64,000 nt of DNA from Octopus sinensis (taxonomy: Eukaryota): contig NC_043004.1 of NCBI RefSeq assembly GCF_006345805.1, positions 25,296,001 through 25,360,000 of the forward strand. Direction: 5' to 3'. The notes beneath the pieces were generated by a model. That model was not told the origin of the DNA and made no database searches. It worked only from the letters and a program-made list of their open reading frames with translations. The translations under genes were made by a program, and so were the position numbers. This document shows, one piece after another, positions 36,851-50,043 of this stretch (within the stretch, counting starts at the first letter, position 1; each line of letters opens with the position of its first letter).

Positions 36851-37139
36851 TTCTTCTTCTTCTAGTCACGACTCACGCCATTAGCCACAAAGAATAATCT
36901 CATTTTCGAGCATACTCTAAGCTACAAAGAATGCGTGTGACAACTTGAAGATCCACCCACCACACGCGATAGACTGGCGGTTGCACGGGCGCGAAAGCTA
37001 CGTTGTTATCCTCATTCCGTAAACGGTGGCTTTTAACGGGTGGGGAACTGAACCATCCTGGGGTACAGAGGATTCGCAATCTAGACTAGGGTCTGAAAGT
37101 TTACCACACCATAGGGGTTCCTCTGCTTTGTGGCAGAAC

Positions 37140-37320
37140 TAGGAAGAGAAATTTGTTGTGAAAGAGTACAGCGGGGTTCACCTCCCCACCCCCGCCGGAG
37201 CCTCGTGGTGCTTAGGTGTTTTTGCTCAATAAACACTCACAATGCCCGGTCTGGAAATCGAAACCGCGTTCTTACGACCGCGAGTCCGCTGCCCTAACCA
37301 CTGGGCCACTGCGGCTCCAC
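37140..37320 (-). mobile_element. SINE family B (head and start of body)
   Basis: Minus strand ggagccgcagtggcccagtggttagggcagcggactcgcggtcg...aacacctaagcaccacgaggctccgg. Confidence 0.8.
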
Positions 37321-37539
37321 ACCTGTTGTTCTTACACGCAATGGCTATTTTTGTTGGAATTCCAGCCAGTATTTTATATTTTTAAAAGTCTAGCGATTTT
37401 ATTATGGTGAGTCTGTGGTTTGCCAGTCAGGACAATCTTTCTTGTGTATAGCATTGTAGACTGTCTTAGCGACAATATTATGTCTCGTTTGAAGGTGGTA
37501 TCTTGCGGACATTTTGGACAACTATTGATGATATAAGTA

Positions 37540-38106
37540 TTAGGTTGTCCGGAAAGTTCATGCCGATTTTTAAAGGAAAGAAAAAGGCCAATAAATACTT
37601 GCCATTACATTTTTAATCAACCAAATAAGAACCATTTTGTTACACAATGCGTCTCCATCTTTCCTTTAACTTGAAAATACCCTCTTTCCAGAATTGAGGT
37701 GGTTTCATGGCAAAGAATTCATCAATGTATCTTTTTATGTCATTCAAGGAATTGAAATTTTTACCATAAAGACTATTCTGCAGAGACCTGAATAAGTTGA
37801 AATCCGAAGGAGCAATATCTGGTGAATATGGAGGGTGGAGTAACACATCCCAGCCGAGCTGCAGCAATTTTTGTCTGGTTCCCAAAGCATCAAGTGCCGA
37901 AAAGGAACTTTCTTATCTTTTATTTTAAAGGGTTACAGAATTAACACAGGTTATAGGAACATTAAACCTTCTTCCACGAAAAGATAGCTTAAACTGTGCT
38001 CTAAATGGAGATGTAGTCAAATCCTATTTTATGAATTCAACCATGTTCTAAAATAAGTCGAAAGATAAGCTACTATAAATCAGCATGAACTTTCCGGACA
38101 ACCCAA
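37540..38106 (-). mobile_element. Internally deleted mariner (567 bp)
   Basis: TIRs ttaggttgtccggaaagttcatgccgattt / aaatcagcatgaactttccggacaacccaa and TA TSD. LGWDVLLHPPYSPDIAPSDFNLF.SL on the minus strand. Confidence 0.9.
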
Positions 38107-39743
38107 TAACATCTTCCAGAACAGTATGACACAATCGACACTTTCTGTCACAGCGGGGAGGTTTAGAGGTATCCTGAGCTCTTTTGTAGATCAGATACAT
38201 CGTAACCATCTCTTGTCCTTGGATAGGAAATTAACAACCTTCTCGGTGAGATGTAAATGTTGCTGATGATATCTAGCTTGTAGGGTGTGTACCCATGCAT
38301 CACTTTCTGTTGGTATGATGAGCATTTCTTTTCCAAGTCTCTATTTTAAGTAGGTCACTTCAGTCACACTTTGGTTCAGATGGAGCAGCTGTAGTACTTG
38401 TTCGAGAGTTCTCTGCCAAATCTCATGATATTGCTTTCATTTGTTTCTTTACTGTTCAGGAGATGTTGTGGCACAATGAGACTTAAATGCTGCATGGAGT
38501 CCGTTTTCTTGCTGTTGCTCCCACTGTTGATGTTTTTGTTGTTCTTGTTATTGTTGCCACAGCTATCGCCGTTGCTGTTATTGCTACTGTCGCGGTTGCT
38601 GCTTTTCGTGTTGTAGTTCCTATCACTGCTGCTGGAGTATCTGCTTGTTAACATTGGCGCTGCTACTATGTTTCTTTTCTCATTTTTTGGCTTCTGATGT
38701 TGTTGCTTCTGTGGTGATGGCGTCGGCAGAAGCTGCACACTAACACACATAAAAGTCATCCAAACAACTCAAAGCATACACAAGGCTATGTAAAAAAAAT
38801 CCCAACGAGATAGGAGACTTCTGGAGGAATATCAGTAAAAGAATTAACAGTGAACTGCATGTGAAACACCTACATCTAACAAGGGGAACGGACCACCTGT
38901 TCCTCATGTATAATGTGGAATGTTAAAAACACGATTCATCGATTTGAACTATCGCATTAAAATTTTCCGAATTACTGGATTAACTCCAAAGTAATTTACA
39001 CATCACAGGAAAGAAATCCTGTAAATATCTATTGTCGTCACAAATAAGAAATTCCGACAATTAACATTTTGAATGACACTTGTATTTCTAGTACAAAATA
39101 AATGGTTTCAATCCACATTTTAATATGTTTGACAAGAAAAAAATGTAATCTTTGTGAATTATTTCATATGTTTATACTTAGTTCAGTTTCAGTTGTCACA
39201 TCTACGTATATTTATCTTTTGTTGCTGAACGTTTTGTCCAAATGAATAGACACATTATTTTATTAGAACAAAGTCAATTCATAAAACCGAAGACCGGAAG
39301 AGTTTCCTTGACTAATGTTGACTTTAATAGAGTTTTTCATAACAAATGAGGTTCCATTTGATGAACGTTACAAGATCTCGTCCTTTCTATTGATTTAATT
39401 AAACTGAATTGGTTAAAATAATACAAAATTTACCAAAATTAAAAGTTTGAAGAAAGCTACCTTAACAAAATAAAAGCTTATAAAATAACCGTAACAATGT
39501 CTTTTTTAAACATATGGTTGACTTGTGAATGTAGGTTATTTTATGTGTAACTATATTTAAGAAACACTAGAGTACTTTTGGTATTGACGATATACTGTGC
39601 TCCTCAATAAACTGACGGTTTCTTCAAAATCTTGTATAGAATGTGTCACCAAAGGAGAAATAGGTACGTCTGATAGATGCAAAGTGTGTGGAAACCCGTC
39701 GTATATGTGTGTGTGTATATGTGTGTCTTTGTGCTTGTCCCCC

Positions 39744-39777
<34 letters not shown>

Positions 39778-39845
39778 ACTTGACAACCATCGCTGGTTCG
39801 TAGCCGTAGTTTAGCAGTTTGGTGAAATACACCGATAGAATAAGT

Positions 39846-40159
39846 TATATTTTATTTATGCGCCCTTTTCAAGCCTAGCCAGGCTTATTGGGCCGGTTTC
39901 CCGGTTTCTATGGCGTATGTGTTCCCCCAGCTGGACGGGACGCCAGTCCATCGCAGCGTTACTCAAGGAACAGGAAGAAAGAGTGAGAGAAAGCTGGGGC
40001 GAAAGAGCACAACAGGAGTCGCCACCACCTCCTGCCGGAGCCTCATGGAGCTTTAGGTCTTTTCGCTCAATAAACACACACAACGCTCGGTCTGGGAATC
40101 GAAAACGCGATCCTCCGACCGCGAGTCCGCTGCCCTAACCACTGGGCCATTGCGCCTCC
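39846..40159 (-). mobile_element. SINE family B, complete, inserted into a family A SINE
   Basis: TSD GATAGAATAAGT at 39834-39845 and 40160-40171. Confidence 0.88.
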
Positions 40160-40997
40160 GATAGAATAAGTACCAGACTATAAAAAAATGAGTACTGGAG
40201 TATCAGTCCAATGACTGGAACTAATAAAAGGATAGTAAATTTTTGAAAAAGTTTTATAATAATTTTGAAATATAAACTGAACAGAAAGGGTTTAAAGTAA
40301 TAATGGCGAACAATATTCGGGCTTTATAGGGTTTTTTTTTCCAATTCATTTATAGACACAGAAACATAAGAAAGCTATATAAAGCTGAAGGACTTCAGTT
40401 CAAGCTGAGGTACCACGTTTTAAGCTTTGTATATTAGTTTGTCACGAGAAAAAGGAAATTCTAACGTTGGGAAATATTTTAAAATAGTGGAAACTGACTT
40501 GGTTGTTACCTGTAACAGTCGAACGCTCACATAGAAACTTCCCATTTGGCTCAGACTGTGAGGTGAATGATAAAAGGATGACTTTAAAACAACAAAAATA
40601 AAGGAAAAGAAAGATGAAGGAAATATGTCTGAAATGAATTACATTGGGGACTTTCTTAATACAGGTAGTACAAGGCCTCAAATCAGGAAAGCAGTGAATT
40701 AAATCGACTTTCGTACTTGATTGATATTTTATTAACTTCAGAAGGGTGAAAAGCAAAGCTGACGTGGGTGGGTTTGAACCCAGAACGTAGAGTTAGAACA
40801 AATATCGCACCGTATTTTGTCCAACATTCTAACCATTCTACCACACAACTTCTTTAAAAAAAAGGGGGGGGGAAACGGTATTAAAAGAATACAAAGGCGA
40901 AAGAAGCGATTCAAAACAGAAAGAAAGAAAGAAAGAGACTGCCATTCCGTAGTCGCTGGATTTGCTCAAAATAGTAGCCAACTCCCTCTCTCTCTCT

Positions 40998-41082
<85 letters not shown>

Positions 41083-41700
41083 GAAATCGTATCCTACTGC
41101 ATTTATCAAATAACGTTATCGTAGATTAACTTCGTGAAAAATATCGGGGTAGTCACGGCTAGAACATCTTTGATCTTACATCTAACCAATCAAAGCAGTC
41201 CTGGGGCTAATCAATAATAATAACAACAACATTATATTAGTGTCTCTTGGCTGCGGTGAAAGATGGCTGCGATAGAGGCAGCTGGTGCTGGTAAAGTAAA
41301 CTTTAGTCAGATGGATATGATTAATATTTATGATACGTTTAACTGGTACTTTGACACTTTAGGTAAATAAATATTATTTGACAGTATTAAGGCTTCGAAG
41401 CTGTTTGTATTTACATCATAGCAGAGATTTTTTTTTAAATTCTGTTACATTTGCATGAACCCTTAAACGTATAGAACCAGAAGAAATGAGGATTTGTGAC
41501 ATTACATATACCATTTCCACAGGCCTACTTTTAAGTGCCAGATAAAAAAGAAAAGAAAGGAAAACCAAAAGAAGCGAAATAAAAAAAAAGATCTCAAAAT
41601 AGATAATATTCTATGGTTGTAAAAGTAGCGGAAATAGCACAGTGGTTCGGGAAAGAAATAGAAATATTATGTAGGCGCAGGAGTGAGTGTGTGGTAAGCA

Positions 41701-42963
41701 TCAGGTTGGTGCAAAAGTGATGTCCGATTTCTAGAAAAAATGTTTCAGAGCAAATTTATCAATTCTTAACCTTTTCTTGTAGTTTTAAGATATCTCTGTG
41801 TCTAATTTGTACTATTTTCTTTCAGATTATCTAACTTCTGGCCACAATTCTCAGAAAATTTTCCCACCATGTTTGTCCCATCTAAAGATCAGATAAGAAA
41901 TGTTTTACTCTACGAGTTTCATAAAGGTGTTAATGCAAGTGCGGCAGCAAGATCTATTCAGAGCACTTATGGGGATGATATAGTGAATGAAAGAAGTTGC
42001 AGGAGGTGGTTTTCCCGTTTCCGAATTGGTGATTTCACTTTGAAAGAAGAGCCAAAAGAGGGTCGTCCAAAAAAACTTGATTCCAAAATGTCGGAAGCTC
42101 TTGTTTCAGAGAACCCTGCCGTTACCACTAGGGAACTTGTAGAACAGTTAAACGTGGCTCATACAACCGTGGTATGCCAGCCAGCTAAAACACATTGGAA
42201 AGATTTCAGTAGCTGGAAAATGGGTCCCCACGAGCTGTCTCCAGAGAATCGACAACAGCGTGCTGCTTGTTGTCAATCATTGCTTTCGCAACACTTTCAA
42301 ACAACATTTTTAGACAGGCTTGTTACAGGTGATGAGAAGTGGATTCTTTACTCTAATGTTAAACGTCGCCGTTCTTGGATCAGTCGAAGAGGACGGCCAG
42401 TTCAACAACCGAGAGCAGGACTTCATCCAAAGAAGATCATGTTGAGTGCATGGTGGGATATTAAAGGAGTAATCCATTATGAACTGTTGGACAATAACCA
42501 AACAATTAATGCTAATCTTTACTGTGAGCAATTTCGTAGTTTGAAAACAGTTCTGAGCCAAAAGTGAGCATCCTTGGTTAACAGAAAGGGCGTCATCTTC
42601 CATCACGATAATGCTCGTCCTCACACAGCTCGACTGACCAAAACTCTCTTGGGAGAACTTGATTGGGAAATACTGCCTCATTCTCCATATTTTCCTGACC
42701 TTGCTCCTTCTGATTACCATTTGTTCTGAGGGCTATAGAACCATTTTGATGGACTTAGGTTAACAACAAGAGAAGAGATTGAAAATGATTTGGATTCATA
42801 TTTTGGTTCTAAAAATACAGAATTTTATAAGGTTGTTGAAAGATGGAATGAGGTCGTTGAAAGTAATGGAGAGTATGTTAATGAATAAATATTTCCATAG
42901 TCATTGGCTTATTCATTTTTATCTTAGATCTTTAAATCGGACATAACTTTCGCACCAACTTGA
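41701..42963 (+). mobile_element. Full-length mariner (DD34D, Hsmar1/cecropia-like TIR), inactivated; transposase 41869-42888
   Basis: TIRs tcaggttggtgcaaaagtgatgtccgattt / aaatcggacataactttcgcaccaacttga. TGDEKW, HHDNARPH, PDLAPSDYHLF with 34-residue spacing. Frameshift near the WVPHEL motif and premature stops. Splits a family A SINE (41672-41700 and 42964-43320). Confidence 0.93.
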
Positions 42964-43619
42964 TAACTTGCTTTCTAACCACATGGTTCCGGATTCAGCT
43001 TTACTGTGTGGTACCTTAGGCAAGTGTCTTCTACTACAGCTTCGAGCCGACCAAAGCATTGTGAGTGAATTTGGTTGATGGAAACTGAAAGAAGCCCGTC
43101 GTCTTTATATCTATGGGTATGTATCTTTGTGCATGTGTTTGTCTCTCACCACCGCATCACAACTGGTGTTGGTGCATGTGCGACTCTGTGGCTTAACAGT
43201 TCAGTAAAAGAGACCGATGGAATAGGTACCACACTTAAAGAGAAAATAAGTAGTGGGCTCAATTACTTTGATTGAAATTCCTGAAGGCCGTGTCCCAGCA
43301 TGGCCGCAATCTGGTTTTAGTCGGCCCGAGGCTATAGTAGAAGACACTTGGCCTGGTTCCACGCAGGGGGACTGAAACCGGATCTATGTAAGTAAGCTAC
43401 TTATCACACAGCCACTCCTATATATATATATATATTCCTTCATTTGTTAAACATAAATAAATTTTGAAATAAAATGGTTTTGAGTTACTGTAAGGTGACT
43501 TTTGGCCAACACTGTATATATATATTCTTTTATTCTTTTATTTGTTTCAGTTATTCGCCATGATGGATCGCTAGCCACAGCACCTTCTTTATTATATCTC
43601 CTTGTTTCTTTCTGTGTTC

Positions 43620-43656
43620 CTTTCTGTGGAAGAGCGTAGGCTCGAAACGTTAAAGA
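43620..43656 (+). ncRNA. Minimal hammerhead-like motif, same family as 4714-4751
   Basis: CTTT CTGTGGA A GAGC-GTAG-GCTC GAAA CG TT AAAGA. Confidence 0.45.
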
Positions 43657-43749
43657 CTTTTTCACTTCTCGAGCGGTAAAATAATACATCTGTTTGTTGT
43701 CTACACCACCTGTCTTCGTCTTTTGGTTATTTTTGTGAATTATATATAT

Positions 43750-43815
<66 letters not shown>

Positions 43816-43821
<6 letters not shown>

Positions 43822-44047
43822 TGGCCAAAAGTCACCGACAGTATATCAAAATTCCATAAATACAATATGTAATTCTGTACTGACTCGAATGGAAAAATGT
43901 GTCGCTCAAGAAGGACTTCAGTTTGAACAATATTCATGATGTTTCGTATTTAGATGCTTTTATCAAATTCCTTCAGTTGTTAAATATAAATAAATTTTGA
44001 AATAAAATGGTTTTGAGTTACTATAAGGAAACTTTTGGTCAATCCTG
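43816..44047 (+). mobile_element. Tc1/mariner-type MITE
   Basis: Ends gggttggccaaaagtcacc / ggaaacttttggtcaatcctg|ta. A second right end lies at about 43440-43514. Confidence 0.65.
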
Positions 44048-44068
44048 TATATATATATTCTTTTATTA

Positions 44069-44159
44069 TTTTACTTGTTTCAGTCATTTGACTGTGGCCA
44101 TGCTGGGACACTGCCTTTAGTCCAGCATGGCCGCAGTCAAATGACTGAAACAAGTAAAA
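44069..44159. repeat. Hairpin made of two inverted SINE A 3' tails
   Basis: 38-bp arms with one mismatch and a 15-nt loop. Confidence 0.9.
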
Positions 44160-45769
44160 GTGTAAAAGAGTTAAGAGAGTAGTCTTCGTCCAGAGCATTT
44201 AAAATGTTTTAAAACTCTTCCCTCCCTTAGTTGTTTTAGAAACTATATAATACTGTTTATACCGTTCAACTTTTTTGAACAATAGGATACTTTAGCTAAT
44301 CTTTGTACAAGTTCTAACACAAGGCCTTCTCATGGCTTCTTTGTTTTGACACACTTCTACCAAGACTGCACACTTGTGTAATATATACTAAAGAAATCTA
44401 ATACCACAACTGAGCGCGTTAAGTAAAGTAGGCGATCGCCTTCAGCGCTAAAATCTGGGGTGGCGCACAAATTCTGAACAACATGAACAAAATTACTTAG
44501 TCCATTTAAAAACACGAAATCTCAGAAAGAGAATAGGGAAGATCTCATCCAGAACAGAGAAGGATGGAAAATAGTGCATAGATAAAGGGTGAAAGGCGGA
44601 CGGTGGGGGGTGTAGATGTGCTGTTATGATCTGTGATATGATTAGGCGTAAAGCTTCAAACTTTGCCAGGTTTACTCGGCGATTTGTACAATCGTAAAGC
44701 TGCAGTAGGGCTGGGAGAATGATGTACCGAATAATGTAGGGCTTGGAATAGGGGCCCCCGCATAATATAGGACTTGGAGATGGGGACGCACGTTTTAGGA
44801 CTTTGAGAATAGGAAAGCATAGATTAAGACTGGGAGAAGGTAGCGCATATTGTCGAACTGGAAGAAGGGAGAATATATTGTTTGACTCAACTAGGGCGCT
44901 GAATACTCTGGCACCAGCCATGACTAAGAGGCTGTAAATGTTTGCTCGGAGAGTCGCGACCTGAGTAAAATAGCGGCTTCATTCTCTTTATTGTTAATGC
45001 TTCCTCTTTTAATATAGAGAGCAGTTTTTATTATGCTTGACTTTCCCTATTACTTTATTTATTCAGCTCTCTAGTGTCTTCTTTGTTGTGTTTCGTATCA
45101 TCTTTTGAAATACATCTTCCTAATTCTCCCCAGCGAGGGGATAAGTGGGGAAGGAGGAGAGAAGTAGAAGTGGAACAGTAATTTGCTTGAACTATAACCA
45201 AATAGTTGTTCCTTGTTCTCCTGACAATGTGTATTATTATTGGCCAGTTTGGAGCCATCTCAGTGACTCATAACAATAGTTATTGGTGTTTAACCTCAAG
45301 TGAAATCTAATAGAGCTGATCCAATCAAGAAGTTTTAGTCGGTGACTATCTTGCATATTTTGATAACTAGGATTATGTTGCCCAATGTCTCCTTTCTCAG
45401 TCGAGCGAATGCATAAAAGGTTCTCTCGCTGGATTGTAAAGCAATAGATAACATAAAGAATACATAACCCAAGAATGTTAAATTTTGATGCTCTTCTTAT
45501 TAAAGATTTACTCCCAAATCACATTGAAACCGTATCAAATGAGTATTCTTATAGAGATCAGTATTATGAGAAACAAAACAAAAAAAAAATGGTTTAGAGA
45601 AATGAAAAATGTTTTGGTGAAAGAACACAAATGTTACAATAAGTAGAAGAGGAGGAAAATATTCCTTACATTCACATAATAATTCTGAATGCATGTTGAG
45701 TATGTAATACAAACTTGGCAAAGATAACTATTTATCGAAAATATTTTGTTACGAATTCAAATTAGTGAG

Positions 45770-46009
45770 TGTGTTTGTTTACCTACCTACCTACCTGCCT
45801 ACCTACCTACCAGCCTGCCTGTCTGCCTGTCTGCCTGTCTGCCTGCTTGGCTGCCTGTCTGTCTGCCTGTCTTTCTGTCTGCTTGGCTGCCTGTCTGTCT
45901 GCCTGTCTTTCTGTCTGCCTGTCTGTCTATCTATCTATCTATCTATCTCTCTATCCATCTATTTATTTGTCTATCTGTCTATCTATTTGTCGGTCTGTCT
46001 GTCTGTATG

Positions 46010-46041
<32 letters not shown>

Positions 46042-46060
46042 TGTATGTATGTATATGTAC
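45770..46060. repeat. Graded compound tetranucleotide array (CCTA-CCTG-TCTG-TCTA-TGTA)
   Basis: Direct inspection. Confidence 0.9.
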
Positions 46061-46071
46061 ACATACACACA

Positions 46072-46217
46072 CGTGGTAAGTAGCTTGCTTACCAGCCACA
46101 TCGTTCCGGATTCAGTCCCACTGCGTGGCACCTTGGGCAAGTACCTTCTACTAAAGCCTCGGGCCGACCAAAGCCTTGTAGGTGGATTTGGTAGACGGAA
46201 ACTGAAAGAAGCCCGTC

Positions 46218-46308
<91 letters not shown>

Positions 46309-46560
46309 GTATGTATGCATGTATGTATGTATGTGTGTGTATGTGTTTGTGTGTCTGTGTTTGTCCCCCCAACATCGCTTGACAACCGATGCTGGTGCGT
46401 TTACGCCCCTGAAACTTAGCAGTTCGGCAAAAGAACCGATAGAATAAGTACTAGGCCTACAAAGAATAAGACCTGGGGTCGATTTGCTCAACTAAAGGCG
46501 GTGCTCCAGCATGGCCGCAGTCAAATGACTGAAACAAGTAAAAGAATAAAAGTAAAAGAA
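46072..46560 (+). mobile_element. SINE family A, near complete
   Basis: Head, about 150-bp internal microsatellite, tail. Confidence 0.88.
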
Positions 46561-46597
46561 AGAATATATATATACACACACACACGTGAGTGTGTGT

Positions 46598-46712
<115 letters not shown>

Positions 46713-47219
46713 AAACATAAGATACAGCGGCTAAGAGTAAATCTATCTGCAGAACTAAACTTAGTAACTTCCGGTAGAAAGAGAGTTTGTAGCATCAGTA
46801 ACGTGAGAGAAAACTATTTCCGGCCTATAACTTGTCATTAATACTTTTAATATTTAGCTGAATTCCAACATCAACCTTAATATATATATATAATATATAT
46901 TGGAATTAAGAGAAGAAGGCTGTCCATAAAGTAGTTATGGTTTTTACAGATGATCGAAACACTCGGTTAAGATAGGGAAACAAGTAGACCGCGTAAGTTG
47001 TGACAGTTCAACAACTTTCAGGAAATATAGATGGGAAATTTGTTGTAAAGAATCATAAAAATGACCAAAAAATTGTAATTAGATTTGAGGAAGTGAAGCT
47101 TATCAGACGTAGAAAAAAGAAAAATATACGAGTTTATCACTTGAAGGAAAAGCCTATAAATAATTTGGTCCTGTGAACTAAAATAAACTAATGAAATAAC
47201 TTTAAAAATATTATTTTCT

Positions 47220-47530
47220 TAATAAGGAGTCTTACCGTGTGAAGCTTCTTCTCTGCATTGAGAAGTCACAGCTTCACAACTACAGACGAGTGGCTAGAAT
47301 GTTGCGGGAAAGAATTTCAAAATGGATTCTCCAAGCCGAACCAAAGGGTAGGAGGCCTAGGAGTAAGCAAAGAATGAAACGGTTGGAGAATATCTCCCGT
47401 GTCAGTTAGTCGCTCATGAGAATTCAGACCGAAAGTGTAATGAAGGTGGTTTCTAAAAGGACTCTCTGAGGAGGTACCCGCGGACACTATCCCCACGACC
47501 GTTCTAGGAATTGTGGGTGAAGAAAATAGA
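47220..47530 (+). mobile_element. RTE-like LINE 3' remnant
   Basis: IEKSQL....V.RM.RERI.K.IL.AEPKGRRPRSK.RM..LE.I resembles the RTE C-terminus. Confidence 0.5.
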
Positions 47531-47596
47531 TGGATGTAACAAATATTTGAAGAGTTTAGTATTGATTTTGTTTGTTTTAATATGGGTTAGATAGAA

Positions 47597-47810
47597 AGCG
47601 GCAAGCTGGCAGAATCGTTAGCACGCTGAGAAATAGGCTTAGCGGCATTTCGTCGGTCTTAACTATCAAAGTTCAAATTCCGCCGAGGTCAACTTTGCCT
47701 TTATCCCCTTCGAGGTTGATGAAATAAGTACCAGCTGAGCACTGGGGTTGATGCAATCGATTTACCCCCACCCCCGAAAATACTGGCCTTGTACCAAAAT
47801 TTAAAATCAA
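47597..47810 (+). mobile_element. SINE family D
   Basis: agcggcaagctggcagaatcgttagcacgc...aagttcaaattccgccgaggtcaactttgcc...aagtaccagctgagcactgggg. Confidence 0.75.
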
Positions 47811-48986
47811 TATGAGCTAAATGGCAAAGGTTATAAATAAACATAAATACAGAGGATTCGTAGTTTCTGAGATGCGAGCTGTAATAATGAAATAAAGAGC
47901 AAAAATTTGAGTAATCTAGGCAGGCAAAATATTAGCAAAAAAACAGGTAATTTTGAATGGTAAGGTGAATGAATATCGGCGCAAAGACAATAGTGGTTGA
48001 TTATACTTACAAAAACAACTGTAGAGGAGAAGTCAGATTCAGTGTGTGGAGTTCATCAGACAGAGCAGTTGAGAATTAGCTCGTCTGGATTTTGATAACC
48101 GATCCGGAAGTTTTTCTGAAAGATTTAATAGTATCAAATACTAACATACTGTCATCGCTAAAACATATATGAGACAACAAAAACCGTTAGCATGCGAATA
48201 ATTTGCTAAACAAAAGAATACATGGGTAGGCCGGTCGAAGTGAGAGAAGCTAAAAAGTATATCATAAAGGATAGGGAAATGGTTATCTAAAAGGTTCCAT
48301 CAGAGTGCTATAGGCTATAGAAAATAACTGTAATTTCTGTACAGTGTAATTTATATGACTTTAAAAGCTTTAAAGGCTGTTTCCTATATGATAACTGAAA
48401 AGCAAAACTCTGCTTTAAAACACGTTAAAGCGACCATGAAAACGTTTCTTGAATTGCTCATTAGGTGCAAAATCTAGATTCGTGGATGGGCATTATAATG
48501 AATTACAACCAGGCAGTGCCATAAAGAATGAATGACTAAGATCAAGATTGTAGTCAATGTTATCATCAGTCAGAATATGTAATCAATTGTAATCAATGTT
48601 ATTATCAGTCAGAATATGATTGATGCACGTTCGAAATGGGGCACAAGCTACTCAGTGTATTTTGTCACGAAGACTATATCTCACTTGTTGATAAATGGTG
48701 TGTATATACCTTCATCGGCTCACAGCGCCACCTTCCTAGATTGTGAGGTATTAACATTTCGAAGTAGTCTCCTAATCGGTCACAGACACTAAGTAGACGA
48801 CACTGCCAGTTGAATTAAGAGATTTCCTCTCTCATACTTTTCCAGACACCCTCCGTAACATATATATTATATATATAACTCTATAGAAATATTGTCTTTG
48901 AAAAACATTAAATGGAACAGAAGATATAAAATGCAATAAAGATATAAAATACAATAAAAAACATGGAAATAATAACAAGAACAATA

Positions 48987-49018
<32 letters not shown>

Positions 49019-49556
49019 GGTGGTGGTGGTGTTGATGATGATGATGCTTTAAAAGGGCTCCACTTGCAAGGTCATGCGCTGTTTATCTTGATATGAGATC
49101 ACCCTGTCGAGCACATATGGTTGTGATGCATGTTTCTGGTATATGACGGGTAGTCATAATGGGTATATTAGGCTTCTTATATTTGTACCCAGAGTCATTT
49201 TGATGGCGTTTGCTGCTCTCTCATTCAATAATAATCATTACAATTATCACAGTTGATCAAATTTATCATTTGAATAGAATATATTTACCAGTAACATATT
49301 CGAAACAAGTTCAACAGGAACAGATGATTGTCATCTGGATTTATTTAAAGATGTTAACATTGATAAATATACAAGCAGTTTTGTTTTGCCAAGGTAACAT
49401 TGTCAAACAGGTATCAAGTCACGATAAAAGTGGTTCCTTGTCTTTTATAGTTTGAAAGACAGACAATGTTTCTCGTAGTTCTCAATTTCATCGTGAAAGT
49501 GGGAAGAAAAGAACAGAATGAAAGAAAAACATTCAAAATTTAATACCATCTCTAAA

Positions 49557-50043
<487 letters not shown>

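Noticed and set aside
44493-45420. 142-aa and 67-aa minus-strand ORFs
   Set aside because: No recognisable domain. The region looks like a heavily decayed LINE, but the evidence is too weak to call.
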